From assembly GCA_013115145.1 (NCBI GenBank), contig JAAPAO010000022.1:1-64000 (forward strand): a DNA stretch of 64,000 nt. The letters run 5' to 3'. The DNA is from Perkinsus chesapeaki ATCC PRA-425. Lineage: Eukaryota; Protista; Perkinsozoa. A program made the position numbers and the translations under genes. Positions within the stretch are counted from its first letter, which is position 1; every line of letters starts with the position of its first letter. The notes beneath the pieces are model-generated. The model made no database searches. It was not told the DNA's origin and saw nothing but the letters and a program-made list of their open reading frames with translations. Shown here piece after piece: positions 1 through 11,444 of the stretch.

Positions 1-946
1 TGACACGGCCCATCTCGGCCAACTTATCATCAGCCAGCTTCCTAGCTTGAGGAGTTCTCTTGATCTGGGGAGGGAACAGGAAATACAAGATGATAGGTGC
101 ATATATCAAAGGCAAGATACCAACTGGTGCCATGCTATAAGCCCATTGACCCCAGTTGATGGTTACACCAACAGCTTCCATGAAGTTGGCCATCATAGCA
201 TTCCAAGCACCTCCAGTTAGCCAGCAAACAGAGGACGTGGTATTGGCAACAATCTCAACCATGATCATATAAGTACCAATGGACCTCTGAGTGCCAAGAG
301 CTGGATCAGACTGGAAACCTTCCTTAAGCAGAGGCTCTAAGATAGGAAGCAGAATACCCGCACCTCTTGCAGTGGACGAGGGGATCGCCGTAGCCAGAAT
401 GAATTCGCAAATACAGAAAGCATAGGCGAGTCCAAGAGTAGTAGAACCAATATACTTTAGAATAATGAAACATAATCTCTTACCCAAACCGGTGGTCACG
501 AAACCGCTGGCGATGAAACATGCGAACACGATCAACCATACAGTATCGTTTCCGAATCCGGATAGAATCTGCGAGGTTGTCAGGATATCCGTCAAAGTGC
601 AGAAGCCCAGCGAAAGCAGACATACACCAGACATGGCAATCGGCTCGGTAACAGCCGCAATGATAGTGACCACGAACGTGACGAATACTTGCCATGTATG
701 CGGGCTAAGATCGCTTGGATGGACCCACCATAGTGCCAATATAATGACAATCAACAAGAGTAGAATAGGGATGTTGATACCGGGCCACTTCTTGTCGTGC
801 CAGTCGATACATTTCTTAATATGTTTCCCACAGGGAACTCTGTCCCACTTTGACGGAACTGTGGTCTTTTCCTCGACGGAAGGGGACACATTGTGCGAGA
901 TAGGAAGTACCATCCTAGTAGCATCTGGAGATGGTAGAGTGCTCAT
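1..946 (-). CDS. DASS family (2-oxoglutarate/malate translocator DiT-like) transporter, copy 1, 3' end outside window
   Basis: Manual translation from ATG at 946 (MSTLPSPDATRMVLPIS...KWPGINIPILLLLIVIILALWWVHPSDLSPHTWQVF...) is open to the window edge and colinear with copy 2; missing from the ORF track because it runs off the edge. Confidence 0.9.
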   Translation of the reverse strand, partial: MSTLPSPDATRMVLPISHNVSPSVEEKTTVPSKWDRVPCGKHIKKCIDWHDKKWPGINIPILLLLIVIILALWWVHPSDLSPHTWQVFVTFVVTIIAAVTEPIAMSGVCLLSLGFCTLTDILTTSQILSGFGNDTVWLIVFACFIASGFVTTGLGKRLCFIILKYIGSTTLGLAYAFCICEFILATAIPSSTARGAGILLPILEPLLKEGFQSDPALGTQRSIGTYMIMVEIVANTTSSVCWLTGGAWNAMMANFMEAVGVTINWGQWAYSMAPVGILPLIYAPIILYFLFPPQIKRTPQARKLADDKLAEMGRV

Positions 947-1791
947 TCAAAGAGTAAAATCCAAAGTTAGGCAATTAACTACTGCAAAAACGAGTTCCTT
1001 CACATAAAGATGAAATGACGGTTCATTTACAGCCGAGCCAACACACACCAAAAAAACTGTATGTCCCTCGATAGAGGGTTGCAACATGCGCCCTATGGCC
1101 AAGACTAGACAAAGTAGTTCGAGTTCCAATGAAAATGAGAGATTTATACTCATTCATACAACATTCTACATTTACCAACTAGCACTCCCTATCTCCAGTC
1201 GAAACATGCCTTAGCCTATCTCTAGTATACTCGAACGCAACACATACTAGAGCTTTAAAGTTTTCTGGCGGGAGAAATGGTTGTTGTTTTAAACAAACTA
1301 GCAATAAACTCCACACTGATCGCTCAATAGGCGATCGTCGTCATCATAATAGAGTACAATAGACCGGGACACACTAGACAGTCCCATGGGCAATAAGAGA
1401 GCCCTACTTCTCAAACCCGTTCTCACGGGGATATAAAGAATAACAGCTGCTTTCTATCCGAAAGCAGGAGAAACGTATTGAAAACAGATCACAGTAGCCT
1501 ATATTATAGTAAAGCAAGTAAACACTGTCACTACGATATCCTAATAACCAGAGAACCACAACGAGGATGGAAGAATGCATTCCTCGACGACGTCGTTCAC
1601 AGTCCTAAATACTAACGAGTCATGAACTTAGCAGTACACGATTCAACAGGGTCACATACGGCCACACGTTGACGTGTAGAAAAGAGGTTATGAACAAGCA
1701 ATATAGCGATACAGTGCAAAACAAGGGATTCCGAGAAGCGAGAAATATGCTAATCAGAAGCCTCGGAATGCAGAAACTGCTGGCATTAAAT

Positions 1792-3363
1792 TTACCAGAA
1801 TCCAAGCAACCACCAATATCCCCAGCATACAGTGTTGAGGACAATAAGGTTAACAATCATGACGATCAAACCTTGCAACCACCAACGTTCCATGGGCACG
1901 TAACCCAGGTTGTAGTAAGGTGGATTGGTAGAACTTGTGTACTGGGTAAGATGACCAGATAAAGTAGTGTAAGCAAGTGCACGCGCGCCTAGCTGCATTG
2001 GAACGCCAGCTCTTTGCATAATCTGCAAGAATACTGGGAACATAGCGGACACATGCGCAGTGATACTTGCGAAAAGGTATTGCGACACGTAGAAAATAGC
2101 CGTACAGATCCAAACACTGGCGTAGGCAGGAACGCTCGACAAATCAATTAAAGTAGCAAACCACTCGAAGAAACCAGTTTCCTTCAACTCAGTGGCCAAC
2201 ATTAGCAACACACCGAACCAAAGGAACAAATCCCATGCTCCCTTATTGGCTACAATATCCCTCTTGACATCGATAATACCAGTCATTAGCAAGACGCTTA
2301 GACCGAGAATTGCTACACCAGTGGTGCTATAGGGAACAGTATCGAACGAAGAGGATACAATCCAAAGGATAATAACCATTAAGAAGACCAAGGCCATGAC
2401 GATCTCGAATGCGCCAATGCGACCCATCTCAGCCAACTTGTCATCAGCTAGTTTCCTTGCTTGAGGAGTCTTCTTAATCTCAGGTGGATAGAAGAAATAC
2501 ATGATCAGAGGACCATAGATCAATGGAAGAATGCCTGGGGGCGCCATACTGTAAGCCCACTGACCCCAGCTAAGGTGCACTCCGACATCTGACATGAAGT
2601 TAGCCATCATAGCATTCCAAGCACCACCCGTTAACCAGCACACAGAGGACGTGGTATTGGCAATGATCTCAACCATGATCATATACGAGCCAATTCTCCT
2701 CTGAGTGCCAAGAGCTGGATCAGACTGGAAACCTTCCTTAAGCAGAGGCTCTAAGATGGGAAGCAGAATACCCGCACCTCTTGCAGTGGACGAGGGAATT
2801 GCCATGGCCAGAATGAATTCGCAAATACAGAAAGCATAGGCGAGTCCAAGAGTAGTAGAACCAATATACTTTAGAATAATGAAACATAATCTCTTACCCA
2901 AACCGGTGGTCACGAAACCGCTGGCGATGAAACATGCGAACACGATCAGCCATACAGTATCGTTACCGAATCCGGATAGAATCTGCGAGGTTGTCAAAAT
3001 ATTAGTTACTGTACAGAAACCCAACGAAACTAGACATATGCCAGACATGGGTAACGGCTCAGTGACTGCTCCAATAATAGTGACCAAGAACGTAACGAAC
3101 ACTTGCCATGTGTGGATACCCAAGCCACTCGGCGGGACCCACCACAGAGCCAAAATGATAATGATCAGTATTATCAGAGTAGGAATCTTGATGCCTGGCC
3201 ACTTGTTCTTCTGCCAGTCAGAGAACCTCCTCCAATAGGTGATACCAGGAATCTTATCGCATGTCCTGGTCCACCATGAGGCAGGCTTCTGCTCTTTTGC
3301 AGGACTATCAGATTCAGAAATGGGCAGAGTCGGTTCTTCAGATTTTATAGATGAACCCGGCAT
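1792..3363 (-). CDS. DASS/DiT-like dicarboxylate transporter, copy 2
   Basis: Intronless ORF with many TM helices, motifs EPLP, SGFG, AIPSSTARGAG, FASITAH typical of the CitT/DiT branch of DASS; first true ATG at 3363 (MPGSSIK). Confidence 0.92.
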   Translation of the reverse strand: MPGSSIKSEEPTLPISESDSPAKEQKPASWWTRTCDKIPGITYWRRFSDWQKNKWPGIKIPTLIILIIIILALWWVPPSGLGIHTWQVFVTFLVTIIGAVTEPLPMSGICLVSLGFCTVTNILTTSQILSGFGNDTVWLIVFACFIASGFVTTGLGKRLCFIILKYIGSTTLGLAYAFCICEFILAMAIPSSTARGAGILLPILEPLLKEGFQSDPALGTQRRIGSYMIMVEIIANTTSSVCWLTGGAWNAMMANFMSDVGVHLSWGQWAYSMAPPGILPLIYGPLIMYFFYPPEIKKTPQARKLADDKLAEMGRIGAFEIVMALVFLMVIILWIVSSSFDTVPYSTTGVAILGLSVLLMTGIIDVKRDIVANKGAWDLFLWFGVLLMLATELKETGFFEWFATLIDLSSVPAYASVWICTAIFYVSQYLFASITAHVSAMFPVFLQIMQRAGVPMQLGARALAYTTLSGHLTQYTSSTNPPYYNLGYVPMERWWLQGLIVMIVNLIVLNTVCWGYWWLLGFW

Positions 3364-4629
3364 TGTCGAGATGAAAAAGAAACGAAATAAAGTTTGCCTG
3401 ATAACAATTAAGCATTGCGAATGAACAAGCTCACTAAACACACTAATACGGTGTTATGGAGTCTGCCCGCTAACAGCAGTGCTAGCAATCGACACAAAGC
3501 TTGAAAACTGTCCCCCAAGTGGAATCTATTGAGTGCGATGGAATCGAACGGTTTGAAATATGCGCGCGCCATTTCGAGCGACTTCAGAACGTGTCACCAC
3601 GCAGAAACACGAGTGAAGGCCGTGGCATGCACGCATACCAATAGTCTATTGGCAATAGACTAATACGAATAATCTCACATGAAATTGAGAACTGCACATC
3701 CTACCATCGCTAGGAACAAACACAACAGCTGCGGCCTTCAGCTCGCGATATCACTTCGTGACTGCTGACGCGCGCGTAGTGTGCGCCCCCGGCATGACAC
3801 CATTCTTAGGCCACGTTGCTCCCCACCGTGTTTGCATACTGGGGCTGCCTCAAGCTTGCAAGGCGGGTCAAAAGGCACGGTCTCCCAAAAAAAGGGAATC
3901 TCAACCGAGGTAGAACCGCCTATCGACAGTCGAGTCAAAGATGAGCACAAGTAGTCGTAGCTATGCGACCATCAACTAACATGCCTGCGATCCATATGCT
4001 ACGAGAGCTTAACCGCAAGTGACTTGAGGGCCCAAAATCTGGAAAGCTTCCCGCATAGAGTACTTGCACAATACGATATAGGCCCACAGACGACTGAACA
4101 ACGCAAATGATAAGATGCCCACCACAGAACCAACCCCATATAACTCAAACTGATAACAACTCAACAATATACTACTGAATCTTGTATGATAGTTACCTCT
4201 GGGGGGTGTGAGCTGTTACGGTACTAACCTGCAACAGTGTCACAAGATTTGTTATGCAAACCTTCCGCTAGTACAACAACAGGTAAGAGGAGGAACGCTT
4301 AAGAACCTATTTACGGAAACTATCGTAGCTCGATCTACTAGTGACAGGATACGGATTCCCAGTCATAGTTGAGGTACACCTTTACGATGGTTTCGCAATG
4401 CTAGTCAATAACTAGCAACTAAAAGAACATACAGTACACAATAAAGTTCTCAAGCATGAGATTTGTTATTGTCACGTGATCCAGAAGAAGGAACAGTAGT
4501 AGAAGAGACAGTAAATAATAGTGCGATACACTATGTGTCATGAACAAAGGGAAGAGACAAGAGAATCGTCAATCCCAACTATATAGTAATGATACGGGTT
4601 ATAGAGTCCGGTATTCGGTTTTAACCAGT

Positions 4630-6186
4630 TTACCAGAAACCCAAGAGCCACCAATAACCCCATCCGATTGTGTTGATATAGACAATGTTGCAACCCATGA
4701 CGCAAACACCTTGGAGCAACCATGTCGATAACTTTACGTATCCCATAATATAGTATGGGGGGTTAGATGAGGATGTGTAATGGGTAAGATGCCCAGAAAG
4801 AGTCGTATATGCCAAAGCACGGCATCCAAGCTCCATAGGAACATTGGCATGCTGCATGATTTTCAGGAACAATGAGAACATAGCGGAGACATGTGCAGTA
4901 ATTGATGCGAAGAGATACTGTGAGACATAGAAAATGATCGTACAAATCCACACGACCGCATATGGAGGAAGCGAGGAGAGATCAATCTTAATGGCCAACC
5001 ACTGGAAGAAACCAGTATCCTTAAGCTGGGTGGCAATCATAAGAAGAACACCGAACCAAAGGAAAAGATCCCAGGCGGAAGTGTTCTGAACGATATCCTT
5101 TTTGACGTCGATAATGCCAAGCATTAGCAACATAGAGACACCCATGATAGCCACACCGGTGGTGCTATAAGGTACATAATCGATCATAGAAGAGACAATC
5201 CATAAAATGATAATACCGATGAAGACGGAAAGCATGGCAATCTCTTGCTTAGACATACTGCCCATCTCAGAAAGCTTTTCGTTAGCAATGTCCTTGGCCT
5301 CGGGTGTCCTCTTCACCTCCGGAGGGACCACAAGGAAGACGATCAAGGGGGCGTAGACAAGAGTGATGATGCCAAGAGGGGCCATGCTATAAGCCCAGCC
5401 ACCCCAACCGATGTTAACACCGACATCAGCACAGAACTTTGCCATCATTGCGTTCCAAGCACCACCAGTAAGCCAGCAAACAGATGAGGAGGTATTGGCG
5501 ACGATCTCGTTCATAACAAGGAAGGAACCGATCTTCTTTTCGGTACCCTTTGCAGGATCGGAGCCGAAACCTTCCTTCAGCAAGGGGGTAATAATAGGCA
5601 GCAAAATACCGGCGGCACGGGCAGTTGAAGAGGGAATAGCAATGGCCAAGATGAACTCGCACAAACAGAAGCCATAAGCAAGACCAAGAGTGGTGGATCC
5701 GAGATACTTCAGAATGATGAAGCAAATTCGCTTACCAAGGCCACTTGTGACGAAACCACTAGCAATGAAGAATGCCATAACGACCAGCCACACAGTATCA
5801 TTACCGAAACCAGAAAGGACCTGATCGGTCGATAAAATACTGGTGACGGTACATAAACCCAGGGCACAAATACAACTGGCAGACATTGGCAAAGGCTCGA
5901 GCACGGCAGCAAGAATGGTAACCAGGAATGCCACGAACACCTGCCATGTGTGGGGTTCCAAATCAGATGGATGCACCCACCACAATGCAAGGGCCACGAT
6001 GATGAGGAATATGAGAAGGGGAATATCGATACCCTTCCACGTATTCTTCTGCCAGTAGTCGAACTTCTCCCACTGCTGGCCCACCCATGTCTTCTTGAGG
6101 CTGTTGTTACATCGGGTAGTCCACTTCACGGGCTTCTCCTCGTGTACATCCGACTCGTAGACAGGAAGTTCTTCTGCCTCGGACAT
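4630..6186 (-). CDS. DASS/DiT-like dicarboxylate transporter, copy 3
   Basis: 518 aa intronless ORF; AIPSSTARAAG, WLTGGAWN, FASITAH motifs. Confidence 0.93.
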   Translation of the reverse strand: MSEAEELPVYESDVHEEKPVKWTTRCNNSLKKTWVGQQWEKFDYWQKNTWKGIDIPLLIFLIIVALALWWVHPSDLEPHTWQVFVAFLVTILAAVLEPLPMSASCICALGLCTVTSILSTDQVLSGFGNDTVWLVVMAFFIASGFVTSGLGKRICFIILKYLGSTTLGLAYGFCLCEFILAIAIPSSTARAAGILLPIITPLLKEGFGSDPAKGTEKKIGSFLVMNEIVANTSSSVCWLTGGAWNAMMAKFCADVGVNIGWGGWAYSMAPLGIITLVYAPLIVFLVVPPEVKRTPEAKDIANEKLSEMGSMSKQEIAMLSVFIGIIILWIVSSMIDYVPYSTTGVAIMGVSMLLMLGIIDVKKDIVQNTSAWDLFLWFGVLLMIATQLKDTGFFQWLAIKIDLSSLPPYAVVWICTIIFYVSQYLFASITAHVSAMFSLFLKIMQHANVPMELGCRALAYTTLSGHLTHYTSSSNPPYYIMGYVKLSTWLLQGVCVMGCNIVYINTIGWGYWWLLGFW

Positions 6187-6450
6187 AGGAAATATAGAAA
6201 GTATCGCACTGAAACGAACAAATAATAAACCTTTCGTTTACGCTAAAACTAGCAATTTCTAGACTTCAGCGGGAGAGCAGCACACAATTCTTGTCTCCGG
6301 CCAAATAGCTATCTCCAGTTGCACGCAAGCGTCCACGGTGATCTGTCTACAAGCCAAATTTTGCCGAGGAACCTCGGAGTTTCGGTGATAACCACATTTC
6401 TATGAAATCAGACGGCGTTCGCTCCCAGATTGAATGGCGACGCAAAGCTC

Positions 6451-6624
6451 TGTGCATGCGTGCAGTTCCGCCTAACGCCCCTCAGAGCGTTCTACTGAAC
6501 CACAACATCCCATCTATCAAAGGACACGGCCTTCACTAACGAAGTGTCTGCAAGGAGAGTAAGGACTATCGAATGCCGTCTCTGTTACCGAAACAAACAC
6601 GAAATGGATTTGCACGCATGCACA
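6451..6624. promoter_or_regulatory. Inverted pair of the 14-mer TGCACGCATGCACA upstream of DASS copy 3
   Basis: 6451-6464 TGTGCATGCGTGCA is the exact reverse complement of 6611-6624; related motifs at 3625, 8775, 34364, 53441, 54143. Regulatory role inferred. Confidence 0.35.
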
Positions 6625-7084
6625 AACACGCGCGAGGCATTAGGCCTTCACTGAGAGGCCGTCCAGTGGGGTCAATAAAGCTCACCCCGTCCTCAATCAC
6701 TGCAGGACAGAGCAGACGCATATCAAGAGTAAGCTGGAACATTGGCAACTGTTCTCCTAAAACCCCATTGTATAACACAAGTCAGTATGCTAATAGCTGT
6801 GTGATCAGTCTTCAGACGTTTTCAAACCGTCTCTTAATATACGACCGGTGCTGATAAGAAACAGAGAAAGTAACTTATATAATAAGGCTCTCGCGAGGCC
6901 CGCAAAGTTGCAACTGCGTATAAGCTTCACGGAGGTACTAAAGAATAGTACAACAAATTGGAACAGGAGCGAAGTTCGCTCAGCGAGCGCTAACTTTTTG
7001 AATTAAAACAAAAATAAAGAGCCTTGTAGATTACAAGCCTCGACCAATAATTAGAGTGATGCTTCCGAGGAGGTTCTGCGTAGC

Positions 7085-8638
7085 CTACCAGAAGCCCAAG
7101 AGCCACCAGTATCCCCAGCCGACGGTATTGATATAGACAATGTTACAGATCATTACAACAACACCTTGGAATAACCAAGTTGACATCTTTATGTATCCCA
7201 TGATGTAGAACGGAGGGTTAGATGAGGATGTGTAATGGGTAAGATGTCCTGAAAGAGTCGTATATGCCAAAGCACGGCATCCAAGCTCCATAGGAACATT
7301 GGCATGCTGCATGATCTCGAGGAATAGAGGGAACATAGCGGAGACATGTGCAGTAATTGATGCGAAGAGATACTGTGAGACATAGAATACTGCTGTGCAA
7401 ATCCACACAGCTGCATAAGCTGGCAGCGAAGATAAGTTGATCTTAATGGCCAACCACTGGAAAAAGCCAGTCTCCTTGAGCTGGGTGGCAATCATGAGGA
7501 GAACACCAAACCAAAGGAAAAGATCCCAAGCGGAAGAGTTATTAACGATATCCTTCTTAACATCGATAATGCCAAGCATTAGTAGCATGGACACACCCAT
7601 GATAGCCACACCGGTGGTGCTATAAGGTACAAACTCGATCATAGATGAGACAATCCATAAAATGATAATACCGATGAAGACGCAAAGCATGGCAATCTCT
7701 TGCTTCGACATCCGGCCCATCTCAGCAAGCTTGGCGTTGGCAATGGTCTTTGCTTCGGGGGTTCTCTTGATTTCCGGAGGGACCACCAGGAAGACGACCA
7801 AGGGGGCATAGATAAGAGTGATGATCCCAAGAGGAGCCATACTATAAGCCCATGCACCCCAGGCAATGTTAACGCCGACCGCAGAGCAAAAGTTGGCCAT
7901 CATTGCGTTCCAGGCACCACCAGTAAGCCAGCAAACAGATGACGAGGTATTGGCAACGATCTCGTTCATGATAAGGAAAGCACCGATCTTCTTTTCGGTA
8001 CCCTTCGCAGGATCGGAGTCGAAACCTTCCTTCAGCAAGGGGGTAATAATAGGCAGCAAAATACCGGCGGCACGGGCAGTTGAAGAGGGAATAGCAATGG
8101 CCAAGATGAACTCGCACAAACAGAAGCCATAAGCAAGGCCAAGAGTGGTGGATCCGAGATACTTGAGGATGACGAAACAAATTCGCTTACCAAGGCCACT
8201 CGAGACAAAACCACTAGCAATGAAGAATGCCATAACGACCAGCCACACAGTGTCATTACCGAAACCAGAGAGGACCTGATCGGTCGATAGAATGCTAGTT
8301 ACGGTACAGAAACCCAGGGCACAAATACAACTGGCCGACATTGGCAAAGGCTCGAGCACGGCAGCAAGAATGGTAACCAGGAATGCCACGAAGACCTGCC
8401 ATGTGTGGGGCTCCAAATCAGATGGATGCACCCACCACAATGCAAGGGCCACGATGGCAAGGAATATAAGAAGGGGAATATTGATACCCTTCCACTCGTT
8501 CTTCTGCCAATTTTCCCATCTCGCCCACACGTGACCGAACTTTGACTCGCGAAGTCGACCAGTCGTTCGCGTCCATGCGGTGGTCGGCTTCTTGTCGTTA
8601 ACGTCGGACTCGGTGAGGGGTAGGCTACCTTCGGACAT
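7085..8638 (-). CDS. DASS/DiT-like dicarboxylate transporter, copy 4
   Basis: 517 aa ORF, very similar to copy 3. Confidence 0.93.
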   Translation of the reverse strand: MSEGSLPLTESDVNDKKPTTAWTRTTGRLRESKFGHVWARWENWQKNEWKGINIPLLIFLAIVALALWWVHPSDLEPHTWQVFVAFLVTILAAVLEPLPMSASCICALGFCTVTSILSTDQVLSGFGNDTVWLVVMAFFIASGFVSSGLGKRICFVILKYLGSTTLGLAYGFCLCEFILAIAIPSSTARAAGILLPIITPLLKEGFDSDPAKGTEKKIGAFLIMNEIVANTSSSVCWLTGGAWNAMMANFCSAVGVNIAWGAWAYSMAPLGIITLIYAPLVVFLVVPPEIKRTPEAKTIANAKLAEMGRMSKQEIAMLCVFIGIIILWIVSSMIEFVPYSTTGVAIMGVSMLLMLGIIDVKKDIVNNSSAWDLFLWFGVLLMIATQLKETGFFQWLAIKINLSSLPAYAAVWICTAVFYVSQYLFASITAHVSAMFPLFLEIMQHANVPMELGCRALAYTTLSGHLTHYTSSSNPPFYIMGYIKMSTWLFQGVVVMICNIVYINTVGWGYWWLLGFW

Positions 8639-9553
8639 GGTTGAGGTTAGAAAACCACTGAAGGTAAGAGCTCAACGACTGGAAAGGGAGAAATTCCGCG
8701 GTTCAACTTGAAGTTCGGAGAAGCTAGCCCAACGCAAAAGAACGGCTGTCTTCGCAGGCTCAGCTATTTGAATTTGCACGCATGCGCAACTGCCGTTTTC
8801 GAAAGGGGGAGTCCATGCACGAATCGACCCCATCGTGATCAAGTAGAAACTCTCGAGCTTCAACCAAACTGGCTACAGCAGTAATTGAGCTCTGATGGTG
8901 TGGCGGTGAGGGCATTGAACAAGTTGCAGCCAGCAACTTGCAGTGTAAGTCCCTTTTTCCAGGGCAGCGGTGTCGCTCGCCGTGCAAGCAAGGGATTTTC
9001 AAACCAGTATGAAGTATCTTGTTTAACTGCGTTACTGCGAGGGTATTCCCTTTGGAAATTATTGCCCATCAACACTTGACGCGAATGGCCGAGAGAATAC
9101 TGATGCCCTGGAAAAGTAGCTTCACCCACGCAAGTTACATGCACCAATCGGATCATAGCTTATCTAAGCGGAGGTTAGCACGATCCTAGGCAAACGCAAT
9201 GGTCACCCTGCCCACCATTATTGCCACATTCCTCTACAACACTTTCAACACAAAGAGCAGATGCATAGTTGCTACTATAGATAAACTTATCTTGATGTAC
9301 GGCTCGACGAACACCGCCTTCAGCAATAGACGACGGGCCGAAACTACTTGAAGAGTAATTGGTTACTCAGTATGCTGCGTCAAAACAAGATAACTGGTTC
9401 TACACTGGATCCCAGTGTATAGAGAGGCAGCTCTTAATAATTGAATAATCGAGGTAAAGAAAGTAGAATGTTATAACAGGCTATACCATATAGCTAGGTT
9501 CGGATGAACTTTTATAGAATACAACTAAAGTTAAAGAAACTAAATAATGAGAA

Positions 9554-11257
9554 TCACTGCTCCCAGTAGCCTAGCAGCCACCAGTAGCCGAAACTCACAG
9601 ATATAAGCAAAACAAAGTTTACACACATAACACAGGCGCCCGTTATCCACCATTGTTTGTTGGTAACGTAACCGAGACTAAAGTATGCCGGGTTAGCAGC
9701 TGAGGTATAAGGAGTTAAATGCCCAGACCAAGTGCACAGAGCCAGAGCTCGACAGGCAACTTGCGGGGGAACTCCAGCAGCCAGCGCTACTTGAAGCAAT
9801 GCGGGATATAGAGCTGACACATGAGCCGTGATTGAGGCAAACACGTACTGTGTAACGTAAAAAATTAAGCAGACCACCAAAAGGCAGGCATAGGGCGGGA
9901 GGGAGCTGAGATTTATAAGATCAGCCAACCACACCCAGAATCCTTTGTTCTTCAATTCCGAAGCTAACATAAGTAGCACAGAGAACCAAAGCAATAAATT
10001 GAAAGCACCTTTATCAGTTATGATATCCTTCTTGACATCGATAATACCACACAGCAACAGAACAGCAACGCCCATAGCTGCAACGCCAGTAGATGTGAAA
10101 GGGAACACTGTTTTCACAATGGATGAGAGAATCCACAATAGGACCATACCAATGAAAACCACGAGCATGGTGATTTCTCTGGCGCGCATAGGCCCCATCT
10201 CCTTCAGCTTCTCTGTGGCTAGCTTCGGAGCCTCGGGAGTCTTCTTGACTTCAGGAGGATATACGAAGTAAACGATGAGAGGAATACAAGCCAGCTGTAT
10301 TATTCCTGCCGGAGCTTGTGAGTATGCCCAACCGACCCACGATAGGTTAACGCCAACATCGTTCATAAATTGCACCATCATGGCATTCCAAGCACCACCA
10401 GTGAGCCAGAAGGCTGCTGCCACGGCATCAGCACTGATCTCGACAAGAACAATGTATGTGCCGATCCGCCTCTGAGTACCCAAGGCAGGATCCGATTGAA
10501 ATGCTTCCTTCATTAAAGGGTGGAGGATAGGCAAGAGGACACCGGCTGCCCTTGCAGTGCATGAAGGAATAGCCAACGAAAGGACCAGTTCGCAGAGGCA
10601 GATGCCGTATCCAAGGCCTAAGGTGGTAGAACCCACGTACTTGAGGACCATGAAGCACATTCGTTTGCCCAACCCAGTAGCAGCAAAACCACTAGAAAAG
10701 AAGAAGGCAAACATAACGAGCCATACAGAGCTATTAGCGAAACCAGAGAGCATCTCATCTGTAGTCAGAACACCAGTCACTGCACACACACCGAGACTAA
10801 CTAAACATACACCAGCCAAAGGTAAAGGCTCGACGACTGCAGCGACAATGGTGCACACAAATAGCACGAAAACCTGCCACGTATCAGAACCAAGGCCTGC
10901 AGGTACCAACCACCATAAGATGAGACCAAGGATGAAGATTGCGGCGACCTGAGGTATGTTCGCACCGGGCCACACATTCTTATGCCACTCTCGCAGCTTT
11001 TGCCACTTCCCTTTGATACCAGTAGCAGGCTCAGGTTGTTTTTCGAAGTTGTCCTCTGTCATAGGCAAGACCTCAGAAGCGTCGGTTGAAGCGCTCTTCT
11101 TATGCCAAAACCGCATACGATCCCAGCGACTGCTCTTGCTATTGCTCGAAGTCTCGGATACAGCCTGACAGCTACCAGATGACGAATCCGTAGCTGCGCT
11201 CGACAGAGGCAACGGGGCTACCCCCTCGGGTTGCAAGACCTTACAGGCTCCACTCAT
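9554..11257 (-). CDS. DASS/DiT-like dicarboxylate transporter, copy 5
   Basis: ORF with the same motifs (IPSCTARAAG, FASITAH), long S-rich N-tail; likely ATG at 11257 (MSGACK). Confidence 0.92.
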   Translation of the reverse strand: MSGACKVLQPEGVAPLPLSSAATDSSSGSCQAVSETSSNSKSSRWDRMRFWHKKSASTDASEVLPMTEDNFEKQPEPATGIKGKWQKLREWHKNVWPGANIPQVAAIFILGLILWWLVPAGLGSDTWQVFVLFVCTIVAAVVEPLPLAGVCLVSLGVCAVTGVLTTDEMLSGFANSSVWLVMFAFFFSSGFAATGLGKRMCFMVLKYVGSTTLGLGYGICLCELVLSLAIPSCTARAAGVLLPILHPLMKEAFQSDPALGTQRRIGTYIVLVEISADAVAAAFWLTGGAWNAMMVQFMNDVGVNLSWVGWAYSQAPAGIIQLACIPLIVYFVYPPEVKKTPEAPKLATEKLKEMGPMRAREITMLVVFIGMVLLWILSSIVKTVFPFTSTGVAAMGVAVLLLCGIIDVKKDIITDKGAFNLLLWFSVLLMLASELKNKGFWVWLADLINLSSLPPYACLLVVCLIFYVTQYVFASITAHVSALYPALLQVALAAGVPPQVACRALALCTWSGHLTPYTSAANPAYFSLGYVTNKQWWITGACVMCVNFVLLISVSFGYWWLLGYWEQ

Positions 11258-11444
11258 TGTAAGTATCGAATAGGAACTGTCAGCTGTCAAATGTCGCGTT
11301 AAAACGTGCTAGCGTGCCTGAGAGCTACTGAGCTGCGATGGCCCACGTAGGGGACAACTAACACAAAACTTTCGAAGACAAAAAATATTGAATTTTACGG
11401 TAGCTGGTAATTGATGTGGCGCCCTTGAGCGCATACTAAGGTTA

